64,000 nt of DNA, from IMG/VR virus record IMGVR_UViG_3300009159_000053, positions 1 through 64,000 of that record; one strand, 5' to 3'. The stretch comes from a virus. The position numbers and the translations under genes were made by a program. Below, piece after piece: positions 8,768 to 16,128 of this stretch; position 1 is the first letter of the stretch; the number at the start of each line of letters is the position of its first letter. The notes under the pieces are model-generated. The model was given only the letters and a program-made list of their open reading frames with translations. It searched no databases and was not told the DNA's origin.

Positions 8768-8907
8768 GTTGGGTAGGCGTTAACACAAGACCTTACTGGG
8801 GTTTTGTTTTCATTCCCCACTCCTTTCACTTGTGAAGGGCGGTCAAGACTTTTATTTCCTTAATTTGCTTTGGATAATAAAACGAGCCGTATCTGCGCCT
8901 ACTCAAC
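8768..8907 (+). ncRNA. candidate multi-branch structured RNA
   Basis: 12-bp closing stem GTTGGGTAGGCG/CGCCTACTCAAC; inner GACC/GGTC, TGGGG/CCCCA, CCTTTCA-CTTG-TGAAGGG, TTTTATT/AATAAAA. Confidence 0.6.
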
Positions 8908-8930
8908 TCCTAATAGAATTGGAGTAAGTA

Positions 8931-9089
8931 ATGTTTAATGAAAATGAAAAGAAAAAGATAGTTCACCAAAGAATTGCGTATCAAAAATCTTTATCCGAAG
9001 TTGCTCGTATGTTTGGAACTTCAAGAATACAGATTAGAAAGATAGAAACGGAATATCTAAATCAATTAAGGGAGAATAAAAATGGCTGA
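8931..9089 (+). CDS. small HTH protein (sigma region 4-like)
   Basis: Hand-translated ...KSLSEVARMFGTSRIQIRKIE; GGAG RBS. Confidence 0.6.
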   Translation: MFNENEKKKIVHQRIAYQKSLSEVARMFGTSRIQIRKIETEYLNQLRENKNG

Positions 9090-9282
9090 TGATTTACTTG
9101 ATGAAAGTTTATTTGATGAAGTGTTTAGCACCGAGCCTGAATGTAATTGTGAGTGCGGTTGTAAAGTTCCAGTATTAGGTCAATGCGTTGATTGCGGTGA
9201 TGATACTGGGCATCAAAATAACAATGGATTACCTAAATACGATTACTTGAACGAACTATTTACTACAAAGGAGAGCCAATGA
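9082..9282 (+). CDS. small Cys-rich acidic protein
   Basis: CNCECGC...CVDC. Confidence 0.65.
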   Translation: MADDLLDESLFDEVFSTEPECNCECGCKVPVLGQCVDCGDDTGHQNNNGLPKYDYLNELFTTKESQ

Positions 9283-9590
9283 ACCAAGAACAAATGGATT
9301 TAATTAAATCTATTAACTTTGCTAATGAGTTTATTAAAATTGTTCGTGGGTTTAAGTTAGATCAAGAACGGCAAGATAGTTTGCCACAAGAAGTAAAAGA
9401 GTATTTAGCCAACGAACACCTAAACAAATTAATTACAGATCAGGGATTAGAACCTGAAATGTTAGTTTGGGGCTTACTACACATGATTGAAATACTCTTA
9501 AATGTTGCTGAATTAGAACCTAATGATTTAGTTGAAATTATGGAGAAGTTTGTTGAACAAATATCTAATAGTAATGGAGATCAAACATGA
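9279..9590 (+). CDS. hypothetical protein
   Basis: ATGA-coupled ORF; AAGGAG RBS. Confidence 0.7.
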   Translation: MNQEQMDLIKSINFANEFIKIVRGFKLDQERQDSLPQEVKEYLANEHLNKLITDQGLEPEMLVWGLLHMIEILLNVAELEPNDLVEIMEKFVEQISNSNGDQT

Positions 9591-9910
9591 CTAGACCTAA
9601 AAGCCAAGTGTCTTTTACTAAAGCAAGAAAAGTAGTAAAACCAGTTGAATTAACCACACCTACTCCACAAGATATTGATGATGCGCCATGCCAAACAGTT
9701 GACCCTGAAATCTTTTTTCCTGATCCAACTGATGTAATTGGTATTAAAAAAGCCAAAACTTTTTGTGGTAATTGCGATCAAGCAATTAAAACTAAATGTT
9801 TATCTTTCGCATTATCTAACAAAGTTAGATATGGCGTATGGGGTGGATTAACTGAGATTGAACGCCAAAGTTTGCTTCGCAAACAATATAGGAGTGGTAT
9901 CAATGGTTAA
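9587..9910 (+). CDS. whiB: WhiB-family Fe-S transcription factor
   Basis: C-QTVDPEIFFP...AKTFCGNC...CLSFAL...GVWGGLTEIER. Confidence 0.92.
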   Translation: MTRPKSQVSFTKARKVVKPVELTTPTPQDIDDAPCQTVDPEIFFPDPTDVIGIKKAKTFCGNCDQAIKTKCLSFALSNKVRYGVWGGLTEIERQSLLRKQYRSGING

Positions 9911-10373
9911 TACTTTTATTCCTTATCCTGACTTTGTTAAGTCTGCTAAGGCTCTTGATTACAGGCGATTAGGTAAGCAACGAGTTGAAGCGTGGCAAAT
10001 ACTTAGGGCGTTAATGGGTATTAGTCAGGGCTGGCGTAATCACCCTGCTACAAAGATGTGGCGTGGGCATGAGAAGGCTTTGTGTGAATACGGAATTGCG
10101 ATCTGCCAAGAGTGGATAGATCGTGGCTACAAAGATACTTTGTTGCCCAGTTTTGTAGCAATACACCCAACCTTCCCTGATACTGGATTACCTTTTTGGT
10201 TTGGTAATTCAGAACTTCATAATTCGCATCAAAGTAATCTAAATCGTAAAGATAATACTTATTATCAATTTAATGTGCCAGTAGATTTACCTTATCTATG
10301 GGCTGATACGGAAACTAAAACTACAAAGTGGGGAACTAAACCTAATGAAACTAAGCAGAAAGTTAAAAGATAA
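9903..10373 (+). CDS. pyrimidine-dimer DNA glycosylase / endonuclease V-like (MSMEG_6728 family)
   Basis: TFIPYPDF...LDYRRLGKQRVEA.QIL...WRNHPA..MW.G...SHQSNL.RK; start moved to ATG 9903. Confidence 0.85.
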   Translation: MVNTFIPYPDFVKSAKALDYRRLGKQRVEAWQILRALMGISQGWRNHPATKMWRGHEKALCEYGIAICQEWIDRGYKDTLLPSFVAIHPTFPDTGLPFWFGNSELHNSHQSNLNRKDNTYYQFNVPVDLPYLWADTETKTTKWGTKPNETKQKVKR

Positions 10374-10375
10374 AC

Positions 10376-10564
10376 ATGAGCGAATGGCTAACAAATACAG
10401 ACATAGCAAAACTAACTGGATTAAAGATCGAAACTCTACACAGTTATCTAAATCGCAACACCCTTCCCAAACCCGACAAATACATGGGGAGAACACCAGT
10501 TTGGTTAACAACAACCATAAAACAATGGGCATCAGAGAGAGAATTGGAGATTGAAAATGAATAA
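10376..10564 (+). CDS. AlpA/excisionase-like winged-HTH protein
   Basis: LTNTDIAKLTGLKIETL..Y..RNTLPKPD..GRTPVW. Confidence 0.8.
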   Translation: MSEWLTNTDIAKLTGLKIETLHSYLNRNTLPKPDKYMGRTPVWLTTTIKQWASERELEIENE

Positions 10565-10718
10565 AGATCAAGCAATTACTGAATTGTTAAATCTACGCCA
10601 GTTGTGGGAATTAGAACAACAAAATACAGAAGCAGACGGCAATTCAGATTACGCAACCTATACAGGTGCTATCAACGCTATTGATGTTGCTATTAAAATT
10701 GTAAAGGAGATCAAGTAA
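10557..10718 (+). CDS. hypothetical protein (53 aa)
   Basis: Hand-translated MNKDQAITELL...; fills the gap and overlaps both neighbours. Confidence 0.55.
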   Translation: MNKDQAITELLNLRQLWELEQQNTEADGNSDYATYTGAINAIDVAIKIVKEIK

Positions 10719-11254
10719 TGGGTTTAGATATGTATTTGTATGCTGAAAAATATATTGGTAGCGGTGCTGATAAAACTGGTTCTTATACCAAAATTAAAAA
10801 TCTTGCTGGATTAAAAGATTTACCAACTCCTGATTTTTCTGCTTTAATTGTTAAATCAATGGTTGGTTATTGGCGCAAAGCAAACTCTATTCATGGCTGG
10901 ATTGTTGATAAGTGTGGAGAAGGCGTTGATAAGTGCCAAGTAATTTATTTAAGTGATGAAGATTTATTACAATTAAAAAATGATTGTATTAAGGCTTTGG
11001 CTAATCCTAGTCGTGAATATCAGATAGAAAACCAAAAAGTTTTTTATCAATTATGCGATTACTTAAATAGTTTAGAAACTGAATTAACTCCTGATACTTT
11101 TCAAAATCCACTTCCACCAGTTGACGGATTTTTCTTTGGTGGTAGTGATCTGACCGATCATTACTATTACCAACTGGAATACACGATTGATTTAATTACT
11201 TCCCTATTAGAGAGCGATCACGAATTAGGATTTAGTTATCAAGCCAGTTGGTAG
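10718..11254 (+). CDS. conserved phage protein (MGLDMY...YWRKAN...YQASW family)
   Basis: Motifs MGLDMYL, YWRKANSIHGW, GFFFG, YQASW. Confidence 0.8.
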   Translation: MGLDMYLYAEKYIGSGADKTGSYTKIKNLAGLKDLPTPDFSALIVKSMVGYWRKANSIHGWIVDKCGEGVDKCQVIYLSDEDLLQLKNDCIKALANPSREYQIENQKVFYQLCDYLNSLETELTPDTFQNPLPPVDGFFFGGSDLTDHYYYQLEYTIDLITSLLESDHELGFSYQASW

Positions 11255-11258
11255 ATTG

Positions 11259-11334
11259 AACTAACTTTATTTAATTCCAGAAAAGTTAGTTCACGCTCAA
11301 TAACTAACTTGTCTGGTGTTCCACCAAGTTAGTT
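11259..11334. repeat. tandem pair of AACTAACTT-N15-AAGTTAGTT sites (copies 2 and 3)
   Basis: 11259-11291 and 11302-11334; perfect arms with different 15-bp cores. Confidence 0.9.
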
Positions 11335-11374
11335 CCAAGCCTGACCGCCTAATTCCCTATGTAGCCGATAGTTC

Positions 11375-11411
11375 AGCCCTTAGTCCGATTTGGATTAGGG
11401 GCTTATCTTTT
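11375..11411 (+). terminator. probable intrinsic terminator of the early operon
   Basis: AGCCCTTAGTCC-gattt-GGATTAGGGGCT followed by TATCTTTT. Confidence 0.6.
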
Positions 11412-11422
11412 GATTAAGAACC

Positions 11423-11478
11423 TACTCACCAGTAGTATTACTCGCCAGTAGAAGGGTCATTACTCGCCAGTAGAAGGG
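11423..11478. repeat. direct repeats upstream of the recombinase (arm-type or operator candidates)
   Basis: ATTACTCGCCAGTAGAAGGG at 11437-11456 and 11459-11478; TACTCACCAGTAG at 11423-11435. Confidence 0.85.
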
Positions 11479-11485
11479 GCAACTT

Positions 11486-12823
11486 ATGGCGTATGTGATT
11501 AAACGCAACGGCAGATTTACAGGCTATTACAGGCTTCAAAATCGCCGTTTATCGGCTGGCACATGGGCTAATGAAACCGAAGCCATGTATCACGCCATAC
11601 AAGCCGAGAAGCAGGGCTTAAAAGCCCCCTCAAAGGCTAATTTAAGGGTGGTTGATTTTGTAGATCAATGGCTGGCGGTGGCTGATCTAATGCCGATCAC
11701 AAAAAAGGGCTATAAGTCGGTCTTAACTAGATTTGTAATTCCAGTTATAGGAGATCGAGAACTAACTTCCCTGAAGCCTTCAGACCTAGTTAAGTTAATT
11801 GATGATCTCAAACTATCGGGAGTTAGACCTGCCACCTTAAATCAGGTGAAGGCTTCTCTTGGCTCAATGTTTTCAAAGTTGGTTAATGCTGGTCAATTAG
11901 AGAGCAATCCGACACATGGAATTAAGATCAAGGTCAATCATGCCAATATATCTAATCTCCTAGACCCTGATGAGTTTAAGGAGATCATTAAGCATTTACC
12001 GACACAAGGAACTAAATTATTCGCCCAATTCTTAGTAGCAAGTGGGTGTCGGTTTGGTGAAGCAACGGAAGTAAGAGCAAAAGACATTAATTTCAAAACT
12101 GGCGAAATCTTTATTCAAAGGCGAGTTAGTGATCTAGGAACAAATTACAACAATGGAACTAGGTTCATGGTGATAGATGCCACCAAGTCAGGGCATAAGA
12201 GAAGCCTAGTAATAGGAAAAGCCCTATTACAGCAGTTAAATGCGTATGTCCTAGCAAAAGGCATAGCAAAAGATGATCTGATGTTTCCAAGAACAATACT
12301 CTTAACGGAAGGTAAACTTAAAGGTTCACGAAGCGCAAAGCCCTCTCGACCATTCGAGAAAGGCGGAAAACAGTTCCAGCATGGAACTCTTTACTCCTAT
12401 ACACATGGGGGTTGTAGATGCGAAGGGTGTAGGCAAGCAGTAGCAAACTACCGCAAAGCCAAAGCCCAAGCAGAAGCACTAGCAGAAGCAGAGCAGGTAA
12501 GAAGCCGAAGCCGTAAGGCAAAGCAGAAGCATCAGCAGAAGCACAAGCAAGGGAGTTTCATCAACAATATGAGCCACATGCCTCGTGATGTATGGAGAAC
12601 AACTTGGAACAAAGCAATAGCCAAGTCCGCAATCGGCTGGTCGCCTAGAACTCATGATTTACGACATGCAAACGCTACGCAGTTGTTAAAGAACGGCATA
12701 GATGTCCATGAAGTAAAAGAGCGATTAGGACACCAATCGATCAAGACGACAGAGCGGTATTTACACCGCCTTCGTTCACACCAGTCAAAGGCATCTGAAA
12801 GTGCCAACGACTATTTGGAGTGA
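11486..12823 (+). CDS. int: tyrosine recombinase/integrase with an internal Zn-finger insertion
   Basis: GCRFGE (R), TKS (K), HDLRH, LGH, TTERY (Y); N-terminal arm- and core-binding domains. Confidence 0.93.
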   Translation: MAYVIKRNGRFTGYYRLQNRRLSAGTWANETEAMYHAIQAEKQGLKAPSKANLRVVDFVDQWLAVADLMPITKKGYKSVLTRFVIPVIGDRELTSLKPSDLVKLIDDLKLSGVRPATLNQVKASLGSMFSKLVNAGQLESNPTHGIKIKVNHANISNLLDPDEFKEIIKHLPTQGTKLFAQFLVASGCRFGEATEVRAKDINFKTGEIFIQRRVSDLGTNYNNGTRFMVIDATKSGHKRSLVIGKALLQQLNAYVLAKGIAKDDLMFPRTILLTEGKLKGSRSAKPSRPFEKGGKQFQHGTLYSYTHGGCRCEGCRQAVANYRKAKAQAEALAEAEQVRSRSRKAKQKHQQKHKQGSFINNMSHMPRDVWRTTWNKAIAKSAIGWSPRTHDLRHANATQLLKNGIDVHEVKERLGHQSIKTTERYLHRLRSHQSKASESANDYLE

Positions 12824-13425
12824 TGATGAAAACAAACGCAAGAATAAGAGCCGAGCAGATGCCAAAGGCAATAGCCAAAGCATCAGCAAAAGCCCAAGCA
12901 AGACTAAAGGCTTTAATACTTGGTGGGTCAATTTCGACCTTAGCCGTAGCATTTGGAGTAGCAACTACATCAGATGCCATAGCACCAACAAGAGCCGAAG
13001 CACTAATAGTTAGCGAAACAACAAACGAAGCAACCTTAAAGAAGTATGAAAATACTCATAAGTTAACCGATCTTGAATTGGTTGAGTTGCTTCATGCCGT
13101 AGGCTTTACAGGCACAGACCTGAAAGAAGCATGGGCAGTTGCTAAGAAAGAAAGTAATGGGCGACCCCTCGCTCACAATCCTAATACAAACACAGGTGAT
13201 AACTCGTGGGGCATGTTTCAAATAAACATGATCGGAGAGTTAGGCAAAGATCGTAGAGAAAAATTTGGTTTAGAAAATAATGCCGAATTGCTCAACCCTG
13301 TGGTTAATGCAAAGATCGCTTACTACATGAGTAGAGGCGGTAAAGATTGGAGTTCTTGGCATGGACTTACTCCAAAGACTAAGCAGTTAATGGAACAGTT
13401 CCCAGCAAAGAACGCAAAGCAATAG
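12820..13425 (+). CDS. membrane-anchored or secreted lysozyme-like transglycosylase
   Basis: Hydrophobic N-terminal segment; KKESNG, SWGMFQINM, LLNPVVNAKIAY, DWSSW. Confidence 0.85.
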   Translation: MMMKTNARIRAEQMPKAIAKASAKAQARLKALILGGSISTLAVAFGVATTSDAIAPTRAEALIVSETTNEATLKKYENTHKLTDLELVELLHAVGFTGTDLKEAWAVAKKESNGRPLAHNPNTNTGDNSWGMFQINMIGELGKDRREKFGLENNAELLNPVVNAKIAYYMSRGGKDWSSWHGLTPKTKQLMEQFPAKNAKQ

Positions 13426-13482
13426 CAGAAGCCATAGCAGAAGCATAAGCAAGCAAAGCAATAGGAGAAGCAATAGGAGAAG
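13414..13482 (+). repeat. AGCA-rich repeat tract (CAAAGCAATAG[C/G]AGAAG units)
   Basis: GCAAAGCAATAGCAGAAG at 13414-13431 is identical to 13898-13915; variants at 13454 and 13467. Confidence 0.85.
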
Positions 13483-13504
13483 CCCCATCAGAGATGGTGG
13501 GGCT
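13481..13504 (+). terminator. GNRA-capped hairpin, possible terminator
   Basis: AGCCCCATCA-GAGA-TGGTGGGGCT. Confidence 0.45.
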
Positions 13505-13511
13505 ATCTTAA

Positions 13512-13553
13512 AACTAACTTACCTGGCAGCCAGGAGAAGTTAGTCAGTTAGTT
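13512..13553. repeat. AACTAACTT-N16-AAGTTAGTC site (copy 4) plus an extra half-site
   Basis: 13512-13545, followed by AGTTAGTT at 13546-13553. Confidence 0.75.
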
Positions 13554-13563
13554 AGGGGCAATC

Positions 13564-13890
13564 ATGGGAGAACACTCTTTCGTAGATCGTTATATAGAAT
13601 TAGATAAGCAATACATACAGCATAAGCAAGAACAATATAAACATTACAAAGAACCTAATCTGCCTTACACCGAAAAATTGTTTTGGGATAAATTAATTCA
13701 TTTAGGTTGGAGAAAAGATTACACAACAACAGAGTGTTTAGTATTAGTTTGCTCTGTTTGTGAAGGAGCCATAACAAAGGTAGTTCTTAAAAATAATGTA
13801 AATATTAGACCTTTATTAAATATTGAAGATAAAGTAGAAATTCACAAGACAGCATATTGCAAAGCAACAGCAAAGCAGAGCAAAGCATAA
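13564..13890 (+). CDS. hypothetical protein with CxxC...HxxxxC
   Basis: Last ORF of the plus-strand block; GGGG RBS. Confidence 0.65.
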   Translation: MGEHSFVDRYIELDKQYIQHKQEQYKHYKEPNLPYTEKLFWDKLIHLGWRKDYTTTECLVLVCSVCEGAITKVVLKNNVNIRPLLNIEDKVEIHKTAYCKATAKQSKA

Positions 13891-13916
13891 GCAAAAGGCA
13901 AAGCAATAGCAGAAGG

Positions 13917-15950
13917 CTATTGATTATCTTTAATTAGCCTAACTTCGCAGGCATCGGTTGTACAGTAAGCCTCACCAATAGCATCAGCAGCCATACCAGC
14001 ATAAACTCCTGACAAATCAATTGGAAATAATTTCATAGTTCCTTCTGATTCATATTCTTCAGCAGTGATTTGAGTGTAAGGCATTTGAGGATAGGTAGCA
14101 TTACCAGAAGGTAAGAAGGATACGGTTTTAAGTTGACCATCATACATATGCAAAGCCGTACCAATAGCCGAGGCTTCGGTCTCAGGATTAAAACTAATAG
14201 TCACACTTACAGAGTTGTCTGACCAATACCTTTGTGCAGTTGCAGCAAGAGCCATCTTTTCGTAAATGCTTACGTCTTTTTCAGAACGTCTAGCATTAGA
14301 TTTGATTGGGAAAAATACAACAGAAGTAGTATTTGGAGATTCACTTGCTGGTTCTACTCTGTAGTTAGCCATCTTAAACAAAGGCAACATTGGATCAGAG
14401 TTTGCAAACCGAATAGCACGATTAAAGTACTCTCCGCCTACAGTCCAGTGAACGCCAGGTGATTCACCTGCCAAGATGCTAACTGTTCCACTTGGCTTCA
14501 CGGTAGTCATCTTGATTGACTCACGAATACCAAGCCATTCAGAATAAGTGGTGTCGTAGGTCTTGATTACTTTGTATCCTTCATCCATCCACTGACGGAG
14601 TATTGGTAATCCTTTTCTATCTGCAAAGTTAGCCACTCCTGAAACAGAAGTTCCAATGCGCCGATTTCTTTGCATTATGGCGTTTGTTTCTTCCCAGTGC
14701 GTAGGGATAAGGGTTACCGTCTTAGCGTATAGATAAGCAAACTTTAGAGTTCTTTTAAAATCTTCTATATCGTCGTGGCGATTTAGATAGGTCTCTACTA
14801 AAGTACAGCATTCAAAAGATTCAAGAGATTGTTCTGCACAGGGGTTATATCCTGCAATGCGCCAATCTTTATTATTAATTGGATCAATGAGACGACCATA
14901 TTGTTTCGAGATATCCATCCAAACAACTCCTGGCTCTCCGTTACGAGCAATGCCGTCAATAATGTTATCTAAATTATCTCCAACATTTACCGATACAGAG
15001 TTGTTGGACATCCAAGCCCATCCTGGTTTTTCTGGATTGTAAGAGTTTCTTTCTGGAAATTTTTCTGCGTTCTTTAAATTTAAGAAATCTTCATCATCAA
15101 TTCGACCAATAAGTAACTCAGCAGACCGCCGAACATTACCAGATACAACACAAACCCCAATAAGGTTCCCAATATCAGCAATATCAATGCGGGTAAGTTT
15201 CTCACCAGCACGTTCTTTGAAGATTCCATCGATGTAATTATGTAACTTAATGAGCGGTTCTGGACCTGCTGCTGTTCCACCAAATGTCTTGATGGGTTCG
15301 CCTGCCTTGCGAATTTCTGCATAATCAAACCTAGGACGTTTTGAGTCTGATCGTAGGTAAGAGTTAATAAGCGTGGCCGTTGACTCGACCCAGCCTTCTC
15401 TGGTATCTGGAATGACATATATTTCCCCCTCCTGCGGTTTGTAAATCGTAAAGTCTTTGTCGGCACCCTTATCGTCGAACCCAACTCCAACACCAAGCAT
15501 ACTAGCCTCCATTAAAAACGCAAAAGGCTTTGCTGGATCGGTCTTAGTCATTGAGCCAGTCGATACAAACGCACAGTTTTGTAAGGCTGCTGAGTTACGT
15601 TTTTCATTTACAAGCGGAGTACCCATAACCCAAAGACCCCTACCTGGTGGTGTCCACTTTAAGTTCCACAAACGGTCGAAAGCCTCTTTGGCTGAGGCGG
15701 CTGCTTTAGCATCTGACCAAGGTAAGCGGTTTGTTTTAGCGTGGTCTTTTTGTAAAGAATACATACCGTTGATTACTCTCTCACAAACGTCAACCCAAGT
15801 TTCTTTAGTACCATCTGCTTTAAGTCGTGAATAGGTCCTAAGAAAAGTTATTTCACCAACGGAATTACCAGCGGCATCTTGATATCCGAAGGGAGCCTTT
15901 AAACTCTTATATGGTGTAACAAACTCTTCGGCTAACTTAAAAGAAAACAT
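13917..15950 (-). CDS. nrdJ: class II (adenosylcobalamin-dependent, monomeric RTPR-type) ribonucleotide reductase
   Basis: RTYSR, PPGRGLW, NC, GNVRRSA, NPCAEQ, TTVKPSGT, C-terminal CxxDxC. Confidence 0.95.
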   Translation of the reverse strand: MFSFKLAEEFVTPYKSLKAPFGYQDAAGNSVGEITFLRTYSRLKADGTKETWVDVCERVINGMYSLQKDHAKTNRLPWSDAKAAASAKEAFDRLWNLKWTPPGRGLWVMGTPLVNEKRNSAALQNCAFVSTGSMTKTDPAKPFAFLMEASMLGVGVGFDDKGADKDFTIYKPQEGEIYVIPDTREGWVESTATLINSYLRSDSKRPRFDYAEIRKAGEPIKTFGGTAAGPEPLIKLHNYIDGIFKERAGEKLTRIDIADIGNLIGVCVVSGNVRRSAELLIGRIDDEDFLNLKNAEKFPERNSYNPEKPGWAWMSNNSVSVNVGDNLDNIIDGIARNGEPGVVWMDISKQYGRLIDPINNKDWRIAGYNPCAEQSLESFECCTLVETYLNRHDDIEDFKRTLKFAYLYAKTVTLIPTHWEETNAIMQRNRRIGTSVSGVANFADRKGLPILRQWMDEGYKVIKTYDTTYSEWLGIRESIKMTTVKPSGTVSILAGESPGVHWTVGGEYFNRAIRFANSDPMLPLFKMANYRVEPASESPNTTSVVFFPIKSNARRSEKDVSIYEKMALAATAQRYWSDNSVSVTISFNPETEASAIGTALHMYDGQLKTVSFLPSGNATYPQMPYTQITAEEYESEGTMKLFPIDLSGVYAGMAADAIGEAYCTTDACEVRLIKDNQ

Positions 15951-16086
15951 ATCGGTAAACCCCCACTATTTCTGTTTGGATGCAAATACCCCTCGATGGG
16001 AATGCGTATTGTGACGGGTCTTAACCTATCACACACTTGTTAACTTGGTAGAGTACTTATGCCTTAGACAAAAGGGTAAAGTTCCC

Positions 16087-16112
16087 TCCACTGTGTTCCA
16101 CTACTCTCCACT
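16087..16112 (-). promoter_or_regulatory. three AGTGGA direct repeats at 10-bp period (MraZ-box-like)
   Basis: TCCACT at 16087, 16097 and 16107 on the plus strand. Confidence 0.55.
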
Positions 16113-16128
16113 TACTGTTATCAGATAA

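Noticed and set aside
11259-11478. Possible mini-CRISPR array
   Set aside because: The repeats are 9-bp dyad arms or near-adjacent 20-mers without 25-45 bp unique spacers. There is no cas operon.
15955-16030. NrdR box or cobalamin riboswitch upstream of nrdJ
   Set aside because: Only a weak partial match (ACAGAAATAGTGG) with no tandem second box. The leader is too short and lacks a B12-box.
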